From: Macrostomum lignano
Taxonomy: Eukaryota
Assembly: GCA_002269645.1 (NCBI GenBank)
Contig: NIVC01000093.1
Coordinates: 682,001 to 746,000 of the forward strand
Reading direction: 5' to 3'
DNA length: 64,000 nt
Position 1 is the first letter of the stretch. Every line of letters begins with the position of its first letter. The notes beneath the pieces are model-generated. The model had not been told where the DNA came from. It worked only from the letters and a program-made list of their open reading frames with translations, and searched no databases. This document shows positions 25,465 to 37,253 of the stretch, one piece after another. A program made the position numbers and the translations under genes.

Positions 25465-28374
25465 ATGGCCGCGCATCGAGGTCTACAGGCCAGTTGTATT
25501 CTTCTAGTAATATTTGCAACGCTCTCAGAAGCCTGCTATAGAGGTAGGTGAATTACGTCAACAATAATGATGCTTTTATTACAGTGTAAATCCATTTCAT
25601 GTATAAGACATCGGTTTTAGTGTATACTTTTGGTACTCTTTCAACTTTATTTATTTGTGAAAGTTTTCACTAGGGTGTTCGCTAATCTGCTAAAGTCCAC
25701 TAATTTTCAAGCATATTCCTGTCTTCAGGCATTCCGTCTCATAGCTATAAAAGGGCCATATGATTCATTAATAATGTTTTTTGTTGACTAGAAGGACTGA
25801 TGCATTAGCGAATCCTGGCATCAAAACCATCAATTTTCAAGAGCCAGGTGTCTTAAAAGACCACCTCGATCAGTTTTTATACTTCTCTCTCTTTCTTGGT
25901 CGAGTTCTCCTTCTATCCTCTCCCTTTGTCTTCTTTCATTTGTTTTCCCCTTTACCTCTTTGTAGCCATGGGGCACCAATGGTGTTATTGGTCCTTGACC
26001 ACTCCCATAGTGAGTTGCATATAATAATAGTAATAATAGTAGTAGTTGTAACAATATAACAATAATTCAAATCCATAGTAGCAAAAAACAACCACAGGGG
26101 CATGAGGAATGGGGAGCTTTTAGGTCGGGGAGATTATTCATAGGGATTTATTTCTGTTTCTTCAAGAAGACGACGCCACACTTAATACCCCATGCCTCTA
26201 TTTAATGCGTAGCTCTACCCCCTCCCTCAATTTTTGGCGCCCCTGTTTCTATAATTTTATCACTCCGCCATGTTAACTACATGCAAGTGTACTTTACCGC
26301 CAATTAACACCGAATGCACTTTAAGCAAAAATATATTTAGGATAAATAATGAACTGGCACTTCGCGAGAGTCTGTTTGTGTGTGCCTTCGTGTACTCTGA
26401 GTTTTTGTGTACTTTGTGTACTTTGCATTCTAGAAGGAGCCTTAGTGCCAAGTAGTTCTGAGGAACACTCGTAACATTTTGTGTCCTTGAGCAAGACACT
26501 TAACTCTGCATTGTCTTCAGTTCACCCAACTGTAAAATGGGTGCCAGCATTAGCTGGGGTAATTGAGGCTGTGTGGCGATTCCCATCCCATCTGCTGTCG
26601 GTTGCACATCTTGTCCATAGGGTAGCTGTAACGAAAAACTTGGTATGTATACAGTGTGTATTAAATTTAAAAGCTAAGCCCAACCCTTTGCTCAGACGAC
26701 TTGATCACGTGATGCACCATTACTCTCTCATTGTGCCTGCATTAAATTTAGAAGCTGAGACCAACCCTTTGCTCAGACGACTTGATCACGTGATGCACCA
26801 TTACTCTCTCACTCTGCCTGCATTAAATTTAGAAGCTGAGACCAACCCTTTGCTCAGACGACTTGATCACGTGATGCACCATTACTCTCTCATTGTGCCT
26901 GCATTAAATTTAGAAGCTGAGACCAACCCTTTGCTCAGACGACTTGATCACGTGATGCACCATTACTCTCTCATTGTGCCTGCATTAAATTTAGAAGCTG
27001 AGACCAACCCTTTGCTCAGACGACTTGATCACGTGATGCACCATTACTCTCTCATTGTGCCTGCATTAAATTTAGAAGCTGAGACCAACCCTTTGCTCAG
27101 ACGACTTGATCACGTGATGCACCATTACTCTCTCATTGTGCCTGCATTAAATTTAGAAGCTGAGACCAACCCTTTGCTCAGACGACTTGATCACGTGATG
27201 CACCATTACTCTCTCACTCTGCCTGCATTAAATTTAGAAGCTGAGACCAACCCTTTGCTCAGACGACTTGATCACGTGATGCACCATTACTCTCTCATTG
27301 TGCCTGCATTAAATTTAGAAGCTGAGACCAACCCTTTGCTCAGACGACTTGATCACGTGATGCACCATTACTCTCTCATTGTGCCTGCATTAAATTTAGA
27401 AGCTGAGACCAACCCTTTGCTCAGACGACTTGATCACGTGATGCACCATTACTCTCTCATTGTGCCTGCATTAAATTTAGAAGCTGAGACCAACCCTTTG
27501 CTCAGACGACTTGATCACGTGATGCACCATTACTCTCTCACTCTGCCTGCATTAAATTTAGAAGCTGAGACCAACCCTTTGCTCAGACGACTTGATCACG
27601 TGATGCACCATTACTCTCTCACTCTGCCTGCATTAAATTTAGAAGCTGAGACCAACCCTTTGCTCAGACGACTTGATCACGTGATGCACCATTACTCTCT
27701 CATTGTGCCTGCATTAAATTTAGAAGCTGAGACCAACCCTTTGCTCAGACGACTTGATCACGTGATGCACCATTACTCTCTCATTGTGCCTGCATTAAAT
27801 TTAGAAGCTGAGACCAACCCTTTGCTCAGACGACTTGATCACGTGATGCACCATTACTCTCTCATTGTGCCTGCATTAAATTTAGAAGCTGAGACCAACC
27901 CTTTGCTCAGACGACTTGATCACGTGATGCACCATTACTCTCTCACTCTGCCTGCATTAAATTTAGAAGCTGAGACCAACCCTTTGCTCAGACGACTTGA
28001 TCACGTGATGCACCATTACTCTCTCACTCTTCACTTAGCAACTTCGCCAACACACAGAAATCGCTGCGAGTCTGAAGAAAACAAAGCCAAAGATCGAATA
28101 CAAAGGCTGCTACCCGTCCGAGCAAATGGAAACGGTTCACAGTCCGCGCAAGAAGGCCATGGTTCGGCTTCAATCGAAGGACTGCAACGAAGAGTGCAAG
28201 AGGACGCACAAACCGAACGGTGGTTTTATTGGCCTCGGACGCGGCCACTGCTGGTGCGGCTACAAAGGCATCGGCGATCTGGCGGCCAATTATAATTGCG
28301 ATGTGGACTGTCCGGGCAATGTCCGAGAAGCCTGCGGCAGCACCAACTTCGTGTCCGTGTACACCATGATCTGA
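25465..28374 (+). CDS. Secreted WSC-domain protein 2, exons 25465-25543 and 28058-28374
   Basis: Signal peptide MAAHRGLQASCILLVIFATLSEACYR|gtagg; phase-1 acceptor cacacag|aaatc; YKGCY...CNEEC...GHCWCG...CDVDCPGNVREACGSTNFVSVY. Confidence 0.82.
26478..26640 (+). mobile_element. SINE copy 2 (body and 3' part, no tRNA head)
   Basis: gtgtccttgagcaagacacttaac...gccagcattagctg matches copy 1; ctgtcggttgcacatct matches copy 3. Confidence 0.75.
26660..28030. repeat. Intronic 81-bp minisatellite x~17, each unit with the palindrome ATCACGTGAT
   Basis: Period measured at 81 bp; two variants (attgtg/actctg). Confidence 0.95.
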
Positions 28375-28684
28375 GAGTGCAGCAACTGTGTTTATTGGGC
28401 TAGATTTATATTTGCACTTTTTAGTTTACAGACAATTTAGGCTTGTTAGTTAGATCAACTCAGATGCTCCAGAAAAGCTTGCCAAACAAGAGATTTAATA
28501 TGCGACATGCACATGTGAATGTTATTGTATTAATTTCCTGAACCAGAATATTCTTGCGGTAGGTTTTAATTTGAGTTTTTGCTTGACATTACATAAAGCA
28601 TCATTGCTAATAACAGCTTATGTGTTATTCAAATTATTTTGAGAATTTTTTTGAAAAATTATTGCGCAAGATATACAGTGCCAC

Positions 28685-29280
28685 TTGTGTTTATTCTGCG
28701 TTGAGGTTGATGTTGAGTGTGTTTATTCTGTGATGAAGTTGTGATGGATGTGTTTATTCTGTGATGAGGTTGAGATGGATGTGTTTATTCTGTGATGAGG
28801 TTGAAATGGATGTGTTTATTCTGTGATGAAGTTGAGATGGATGTGTTTATTCTGTGATGAGGTTGAAATGGATGTGTTTATTCTGTGATGAGGTTGAGAT
28901 GGATGTGTTTATTCTGTGATGAAGTTGTGATGGATGTGTTTGTTCTGTGATGAGGTTGATGTTGAGTGTGTTTATTCTGTGATGAGGTTGATGTTGAGTG
29001 TGTTTATTCTGAGATGAGGTTGATGTGGAGTTTGTTTATTCTGTGATGAGGTTGATGTGGAGTGTGTTTATTCTGAGATGAGGTTGATGTTGAGTGTGTT
29101 TATTCTGTGATGAGGTTGATGTGGAGTGTGTTTATTCTGAGATGAGGTTGATGTGGAGTGTGTTTATTCTGAGATGAGGTTGATGTGGAGTGTGTTTATT
29201 CTGTGATGAGGTTGCGATGGATGTGTTTATTCTGTGATGAGGTTGTGATGGATGTGTTTATTCTGTGTTGAGGTTGATGT
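28685..29280. repeat. 31-bp minisatellite (gtgtttattctgtgatgaggttgagatggat)
   Basis: Period measured at 31 bp. Confidence 0.92.
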
Positions 29281-29866
29281 GGGGTGTTTTAAGGCCTGCT
29301 ACGTGGGCCTCAGTGTAAAGTTGTGTTATCCCCATCCTCATGCAGCCTCCTCTCCACCGCCGCACCCCCTCCACCGCAGAATTGCTCAAACAGCTCAAAA
29401 TTGTAACACAATACTTTTAATGACATTTAAAGGCAATCTTTAGTCAACCAATCATTTTAGACATAGAAAAACCCTGTTGAATTTTACTTCTTAGATATTT
29501 CTGAATTTGACTGTCTACTTTCAGTAGCAGATTGGCAGTTTGGTGCAGCTCTTGGATCGACGGATAGATCTTTAGAACCAGTGCATTCAATAGTATACTG
29601 GAGACTGCCTGTTGAAGATACTCAAGCAAAGAGTCTGAATCTGAGTTTCAGCCACTTGTACTTTTATTTTATTATACTGCTTGCACTCAGACTCAGAGGA
29701 AGGGTCAGAGACTATAAAGCGAGCATGCACTGTACATGCAGGGACGAACTGCAGCGTCTATGGCTAAACACTTCTGCTGCATAAAAAGACGCGAGGCTCG
29801 ACTTTTGACAAACCAAACTCATTCAAGACTTAAAGAAGTTTGGTAATAGAAAATAAATCCTGCATC

Positions 29867-30596
29867 ATGCTGTGCTCAGCACTGACTCTGATCATCCTTG
29901 TGACTGCTCAGGAATTCTACGAAGCCAAAGGTGAGAAATTTGTGTTGTCCCAAGCTGACCTGTGATTATGTGCTATTACTGAGCAGTCTGCCACATTATA
30001 CAGACTATTCACTGTTTAAAAACGAGCATTGAACAAGCTTCCGTTTTCACAAAATATGAAAGACTTTCGAGTTAATGCAAAAATTTTCGGCAATCTGAAA
30101 TATCAAGCTTATGAAAATTCGAGCTAATGAAATATTGAGATTTTGAAACGCCATCAAAACCTGTGGATTTCAGGTGCATCGATCGATATGCAGCCCATGA
30201 TTCCTGGTAAGTCTTGCTGGCTCTGCTTCATCATTCACATTCTTTGCTTAACTTTCTTCCTGTTTTTTTTTTAATTCAACGCCTTCGAAGGGATGCTTTT
30301 ATTGGCGAAGTGATGAGCTCTTGCTGCACCATCAATTGTCGCACCATTTCACAATGATGAACCAAGAAACCTGTGCCACAGCGTGCATGAAGTGGTCATA
30401 CAAATATTTTGGTCTAGCAAACGGCGACCGATGCTACTGTGGCAATGAAATAGTTACAGCTTTTAAGTTAAATAAAACATATTGCTATTGGCAATGCAAG
30501 AATGCCGAGTTTGGACAAAAGTGCGGCGGAAGGATCGGAATGGAAATATTCGATCTGGTGCCGGTTCCGAAGAACAACTCTGGCAAAACTGCCTGA
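29867..30596 (+). CDS. Secreted WSC-domain protein 3, exons 29867-29930, 30174-30206, 30280-30596; last acceptor reads AA rather than AG (possible pseudogene or sequence error)
   Basis: Signal peptide MLCSALTLIILVTAQEFYEAK; phase-1 junctions; WSC domain closely similar to protein 1. Confidence 0.75.
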
Positions 30597-30944
30597 CTGA
30601 TGAAAAGCTGCTGCATTGAATGCTTGAACCGAAACTGTCGTTAAAAATATTTTTTTTTATATGCAAAATAAAAACCAACACAACGTTTCAAACAACAACG
30701 TTTCAACTTTTTTATTTGAACACGAACTAGCTGATAAAAGATTGAGTTCCAGAGCTGTGACTTGAGTGACTTTGACTGCCACAAGACTAAACAGAGCTAA
30801 TTAAACCAGTGAATTTTATAATCGTAATAATTAATTAGTTGGTGCTAAATTTGCAATGCTTTTCTACAGAGATGATTAAAATATCCCTAGACTCTGCTCT
30901 GCATAGAACAGATGAGATCCATTGTGCTGTACTTCTGAAATTGG

Positions 30945-31478
30945 TGGATAGAGTAGCATTTTACCTGTTGGATAGGGGTTCTCACCTGGGGAATGAAGTA
31001 GGATTTTACCTGTTGACAGGGGTTCTCACCTGGGGAATACAGTAGGATTTTACCTGTTAGATAGGGGTTCTCACCTGGGTAATAAAGTAGGATTTTACCT
31101 GTTGACAGGGGTTCTCACCTGGGGAATAAAGTAGGATTTTACCTGTTAGATAGGGGTTCTAACCTGGGGAATAAAGTAGGATTTTACCTGTTAGATAGGG
31201 GTTCTCACCTGGGGAATAAAGTAGGATTTTACCTGTTGGATAGGGACACTCACCTGGGGAATAAAGTAGGATTTTACCTGTTAGATAGGGGTTCTCACCT
31301 GGGGAATAAAGTAGCATTTTACCTGTTAGATAGGGGTTCTCACCTGGGGAATAAAGTAGCATTTTACCTGTTAGACAGGGACACTCACCTGGTGAATAGA
31401 GTAGCATTTTGCCTGTTGGATAGGGACATCGACCTGGTGTATAGAGCAGCATTTTACCTGTTGGATAGGGACACCGGA
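30945..31478. repeat. 45-bp minisatellite x~12 (attttacctgttagataggggttctcacctggggaataaagtagg)
   Basis: Direct inspection. Confidence 0.92.
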
Positions 31479-31565
31479 TAAAATAGCATCGAAATGCGGC
31501 ATTCCTGTGGGCAGCTTTCTAAGGTCCCTGTTTTTTTCTTTTTTTCGGGGTTAGCTTTGCTTGAT

Positions 31566-31998
31566 ACTTAACAACAACAACATACGCGGCCCTGCAAGCA
31601 AAAGGTCACAGTTAGAGCAGGGCGCGTCAGATGGCGCGCTGCAGAGCCTGGGAGCGAACAAAATCCGCTCCGTTGGCAGTGTCGGGCGCCCCAGCGTCGC
31701 ACAGCAGGCAGTCCACGTATCGACGGGTTCGTGCCTGACCCCGCCTGAACGGACCCTGCAAGGTGAGCAGCAGGACGTCCTGAACAGGTTGGGGGCAGTA
31801 GCTCTCGGCCCGGATCACGTGGCCCGCCAGTTGAAATCGCCGCCGGCGCAGGATGGTGGACGGGCGCTGCAGCTTGGCCCGATCGTACAGGGCCTCGGTC
31901 CCGACGCTCTCGTCAGCTCGAAAGGCCACACGGAGCAGCCCTGAGTGCGCCGAGTCCAACTGCCGCTCCAGCGTAGCCGTCAGCGTCCACGTCTCGGC
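31566..31998 (-). mobile_element. 5'-truncated LINE 3' end (RTE-like) with (TTG)n tail
   Basis: AETWTLTATLERQLDSAHSGLLR...RRRRFQLAGHVIR...RRGQARTRRYVD; tail gttgttgttgtt. Confidence 0.85.
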
Positions 31999-32029
31999 GT
32001 TGTTAATGCTTAATAATAATAATTAATAA

Positions 32030-32166
32030 CCGATTACACCTGCCGCGATGGCCAGATGTGCAACCGACAGCCCAGCCGCAGCTGTTCAGTCCAAGGACTG
32101 GGGATCGGGAATCGAACCCCGGATCTTTTAGTCGTGAGTCCGACGCTCTAACCACTAGGCTGCAAC
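32030..32166 (-). mobile_element. SINE copy 3 (tRNA head plus 3' end, central body deleted)
   Basis: A/B boxes as in copy 1; 3' part as in copy 2; (TTA)-rich tail. Confidence 0.75.
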
Positions 32167-32455
32167 CTTAATTAGTAGCATTCCCTGTTGTAGTGTTAAT
32201 ATTATAATTGACAATTGAAATAATTTGTAAATAACAACAATTTTAGTTTTGTAAAAGCTCCGCGGTATATTGTATATGAAATTTAAGAAGCGTATATTAA
32301 ATGTTTAATAATTATATTGTCAACTATAAATATTAGCGAAGTGCTTGCATATAATTGCTAATAACAATGTGCTTGGAAAAATTATTAATTAAATGTTATA
32401 CTTAATAATTACCCCGTGTTAATTTAAATTAGTAACTAGCATGTCATGCTACTTC

Positions 32456-34035
32456 TTAGTAGTAGGTGGTCTCGCGCTCCCTCGTGTAAACGGATCCGTC
32501 AGGGGTTCGGTAGCGCTCCGTGACTGTCGTGATCTTCTTGCCGCCCTCCGTTCTGGTGCTGCTGTTGGAGCCAATCAGAGTGTCGCTCGGGTTCTTCGGA
32601 CCAATCGGGTTTGACTTGCCAGCGGCGGCAGCGGCGGGGGTGGCGGGGGCCGGCTGACGCTGAGTGGCTTCTTGTGAGGGAGGCGGATTGGGGTATATTG
32701 GGGGTAGGAATTTATTCTCCTAGCTTAATACGCATATAGTTTCCTGAATTACTGCTTCAATTCTAAATTCTCCTGGGTCTGATTCTTTGTTTAAATCTCG
32801 GTTTTGGAATTCCCTTGCACTGGCTCACCCTTCCCTCCTACAGATTTCTAAATTCTCCTTCAATCCAACGGGTTCCTAAATTCCCCTCCCAGGTTCCTTA
32901 TTCTTCTTACGGGTTCCTAAATTCCCCTCCCAGATTCCCTATTCTCCTTAAGATTTTCAGAATTCCCCTCCCAGAGGCCAGATTCCCGTCTGCGCCCACT
33001 CACTTCCACCAGGCTGCTGCTGCATGCTCTCCGGGACTCGGACTTTGCCGTCCTTAGGTGGCCGCACGTTGGCTAAAAACTGGTCGATGTAGTTCCCACC
33101 TGGGCTGTACCTGCCCACCACATACACCCGACCGGAGCTCGAAACCGCCCGGCCGAAACCGACCTTCTCCGAGGCCTTCCAGACAACCTGGGTGAAGTGG
33201 CCTGCGAATGTGAATAATGAGCATATCTGAGTGAGAGGTGCGAATTGCTGCTACTAATTACAGGTGCAAATTGCCGGTAGTAATTATCTGAGAGAGATAT
33301 GCGAATTGTCGGTACTAATTATCTCAGTGAGAGGTGGCGCATTGCCGGTACTAATTATCTCAATGCGAGGTGCGAATTGTTGCTACTAATTACATGTGCA
33401 AATCGTCGGTACTAATTATTTCAGTGAGAGGTGCGAATTGCCGGTACTAATTATCTCAATGCGAGGTGTGTATTATTGGTACTAATTATCATAGGTGCAT
33501 ATTATAGATGCAACTAGTCAGTGCTAATTACCTCACCTGAGAGGTGAAAACATTTTTAATGTCTTTCTAAACGATGCAATAAAAAGTATTAAAAACGCAA
33601 TTAACCTTACCGCAATTAACCTGATTCTCGGCGTTGAAATCGTAGTCGGCAATCTCCGAGTACCAGTAGTCGGTAAAATCACCGCCTAAAATTTTGAAAT
33701 TATTTTTTTCAACTATCGATGCATTTTTTAAAGTACTATCCTTTTATTTCTACTATAAGTAAAGTAGTAGTAAAGTTTATTACTTAGTTAATAAATTATG
33801 GTTTCTCACCTGGAAAATCGGTCCTCTCAGAGCTGTACTTCATGGCCACATTTTCGCCAATGTGATCGTCCTGACACCTGGAGTCGTGCTCCAGCTTGTC
33901 CTTCTTAGCGATTGTCTCCGCCCATTTCTGGGCCGCTTTGGCCAGGTCTTTGTCGTAGACTAGCGGGCCAACCTGGTGCAGGTCTCTGTAGCGATTGTGC
34001 GACTCCAGCATTTGTTTGGTGAACGTGTCAGTCAT
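32456..34035 (-). CDS. CAP/SCP superfamily GAPR-1 (GLIPR2)-like protein, 4 coding exons (34035-33810, 33685-33611, 33201-33004, 32670-32456), 237 aa
   Basis: HNRYRDLH, LAKAAQKWAE, GENVA, WYSEI, GHFTQVVW, VYVVGRYSPGGN; all junctions phase 1; no signal peptide. Confidence 0.9.
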
Positions 34036-34189
34036 TTTGGTGGCTTTCCTGTTTTTGAAGCTGTGCGAGGCAAATTAGACGTACTGTAGTTTCTTTGATA
34101 ATATGACGTGTAAAGGACTTAATTTGGACTGTCTAGTGGTCTTCGGTTGATATAGGAGTTGTACTAGAATTGCGTTTGCGAATACCAGA

Positions 34190-35135
34190 GTTGGGGTTGT
34201 GAAAGGGCCAAGTATTGGCTTTGTGAAGGGGCCTAAGATTGGGGTTGTGAAGGGCTAAGTATTGGGGTTGTGAAAGGTCCAAGTATTGGGGTTGTGAAGG
34301 GGTCTAAGATTGGGGTTGTGAAGGGCTAAGTATTGGGGTTGTGAAAGGTCCAAGTATTGGGGTTGTGAAGGGGTCTAAGATTGGGGTTGTGAAGGGCTAA
34401 GTATTGGGGTTGTGAAAGGTCCAAGTATGGGGGTTGTGAAGGGCCAAGTATTGGGGTTGTGAAGGGCCAAGTATTGGGGTTGTGAAGGGGTCTAAGATTG
34501 GGGTTGTGAAGGGCTAAGTATTGGGGTTGTGAAAGGTCCAAGTATGGGGGTTGTGAAAGGTCCAAGTATTTGAGTTGTGAAGGGGCCTAAGATTGGGGTT
34601 GTGAAGGGGCCTAAGATTGGGGTTGTGAAGGGGCCTAAGATTGGGGTTGTGAAAGGGCCAATTATTGGCTCTAGTATTGGCCCTCACCTAAACTGGATTG
34701 TGAAAGGGCCAAGTATTGGGGTTGTGAAAGGTCCAAGTATTGGGGTTGTGAAAGGTCCAAGTATTGGGGTTGTGAAAGGGCCAAGTATTGGTTTTGTGAA
34801 GGGGCCTAAGATTGGGGTTGTGAAGGGCTAAGTATTGGGGTTGTGAAAGGTCCAAGTATTGGGGTTGTGAAAGGGCCAAGTATTGGGTTTGTGAAGGGGC
34901 CTAAGATTGGGGTTGTGAAGGGCTAAGTATTGGGGTTGTGAAGGGGCCTAAGATTGGGGTTGTGAAGGGGCCTAAGATTGGGGTTGTGAAAGGGCCAAGT
35001 ATTGGGGTTGTGAAGGGGCCTAAGATTGGGGTTGTGAAGGGGCCTAAGATTGGGGTCGTGAAAGGGCCAAGTATTGGGGTTGTGAAAGGGCCAAGGATTG
35101 GAGTTGTGAAAGGGCCAAGGATTGGAGTTGTGAAT
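34190..35135. repeat. 21-22-bp minisatellite (attggggttgtgaagggccaagt) in the probable 5'UTR intron of the CAP gene
   Basis: Direct inspection; minus-strand donor gtgagt near 35160. Confidence 0.92.
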
Positions 35136-36524
35136 CATGCAGTAAAAGAAACAACTCACCTATTTAAAAATATTGAACTCCGATAGTTAAACAAAAATTT
35201 AAAGGATTTGATTTCCTCACTAAACTGTGAGCCGATCTGGCGCAGTTAAGACTTTAGAGAAAGAAATTCTGACCAAACTGTTGCAAGTATTTATATAAGC
35301 TAAGCTATGTCATTTGTTGCTCCGCGATCGGCACTTTTTATTAGCTATAGTTAAACAGCTATAGTTGAGATTGAATGACTTGCTCGCCGAGCTTCGAGAT
35401 AGCCCACACACACGCGCACACATGCATTTTCGGACACACTTTGCATAGAAACACACACACACAATATGCACAGAAAAAATATATATGAACTCGAGTATAA
35501 AAAACGAAAATGGCACTAGAAGAGTGGTCTATCTGTATCAATAAGAGTCTCTGCCCTAGAGATAGCTCGTGATAGCTAGAAATCATTTAGTTCTGACTGT
35601 GAACTGCGACCACGCCTTCAGGCCGAAATGGCAAGAAAGAACGATATAATTTACTTAGCAATTTTTCGCAATTTTGATAGTCAGAGTTGGCGGGCGGGTC
35701 GTAAAAAGGCCCTGAAACCTTTTTGCTTTTTTTGCTTATCGTCGAGATTAAAAAGGAACAGACGCGGCATGCGAAGAAATTTCAAAGGTATTCATTTTTC
35801 TGGGTTTTAGGATAAGTCGATTAAATGGTACACATCTAAATGCATTAGCGAGGAAGGACGTTTTCAGTTTTTTCTAAGCACTGAATTCACAAGCCATAAA
35901 TTAAATTAAGAGAAGAAGTTTCTTGAAAGATATTTAAAGCTGAGCTCACACCAACCATTTGTTCATTAGCAGAAATATAAAGGTGTTCCTGAGATCTCGC
36001 TATAGGACATCACAGGACATCAGGTTGTGGCTGCATTTGCCAGGCACCGCTAACCTCCAGGGAAACATCCATAGCGAGGAATCCTCGGCCCAACACACGG
36101 AGCTCTCCGACGTTTTCAGGCCCGAGAATGTCTGCCAGCTCGTCCGATGCTCCATTACTCCATTGCTTACTGCGGGTGCTTTCTTCATCCGCATTGAGGG
36201 ATGCTGAATCTCCATTAGCAACAAGTAAGGAAATACAATGATGCACTTTAGCCTAAGCAAAGAAAAACGCTCTAAAAGTTCCGGAAACATTAACCAAGTT
36301 TTAACATATGCATCGATATATTGACATTGCAAGCAGATAAATGGTGCCTTTATCAAGGAAACCATATGATTTTAAAAGCTTTGCTGAGCAGACCAATAAG
36401 CGATCGTGGATCCAATTAAATAATCTGAGAAGCCATATGCTTAAAAGACTTAGCAGGAGACTCAGCATCAGACTCAAGACCAATACCCGTCACATTTGTA
36501 CTTGTCTTGATATACTCAAATTAG

Positions 36525-37253
36525 CAATGATCCTTGAGATAGGGCTGCTCACCTGAGCCTGCTGGCTGTGTGCCAGTGCAGGGCCGGAGACACCTGGACT
36601 CGCATGCAAGGTGCACTGCCTGTCTGATGCTGCCGCATTCCGCATCTCCAAGGCATTCACGGAACAGCACTGCAGCATTCAGGAAACGGATGCAATTCCA
36701 TCCGGCATTCCCGTTGCCCAGTTCGAGCCGGCCTCTCTCCGCTGCAGTCTCTTCCGCTACCAGTCCGTGTGTCGCGACCTCGTCTCTGGCGGTGCGAGCA
36801 GCGACTGCCGAGTGCTCATCCGATTTCCGATCAAATATCCGGCTCAGCTCAACCCGAAGCTCACAAACGTGTGGCTCGGAGACGACATGTCTGCATTTGA
36901 GAATGTCGTGTGCCAGGCAGACGAAGAGACCAACCGAATTTATCCGGTCGGAGTCCAGTGGACAGAGGAGGGCGCCGCGTTCGATGGGAGCAGCTCGTTT
37001 CTGGCCATGAACAAGAGCGACATCGGGTTCGGCACAGGCGTCACGGTGCTGCTCAGGATTAAGCGGCAGCCGAAGGTGCAGATCTTCTTTGAGTTCCTGG
37101 ACTGCACCAATTTTGAGACGGGACTCCCGCAGTACCAAATCCGAGAGCAAAACGCTGCTTCTAAACTCTTTTTAGACGCCTTTTTGTCGACGGCCTCCTT
37201 CAGCCTGACTATACTGGTGTCAACTTCATCTCGCTGCCTCAGTTCTGCTTCAG
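36525..37253 (+). pseudogene. Copy A of the PAN/LamG-like lectin gene (frameshifted, ~46-codon internal deletion, 3'-truncated)
   Basis: Homologous to 38765-39835; in-frame stop/frameshifts at the 5' end; KLFL-DAFL deletion; homology stops after QFCFR codons. Confidence 0.8.

Noticed and set aside
26660-28030. CRISPR-like array
   Set aside because: Units are contiguous and near-identical with no unique spacers; eukaryotic context with no cas genes. The same applies to the other minisatellites.
26481-28295. 604-aa ORF
   Set aside because: Product of a stop-free 81-bp (27-codon) minisatellite lying in the WSC gene 2 intron; no proper start context, and it overlaps the WSC exon out of frame.
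35959-36365. Short ORFs, possibly a decayed PAN or hAT fragment
   Set aside because: No convincing motif or exon structure.
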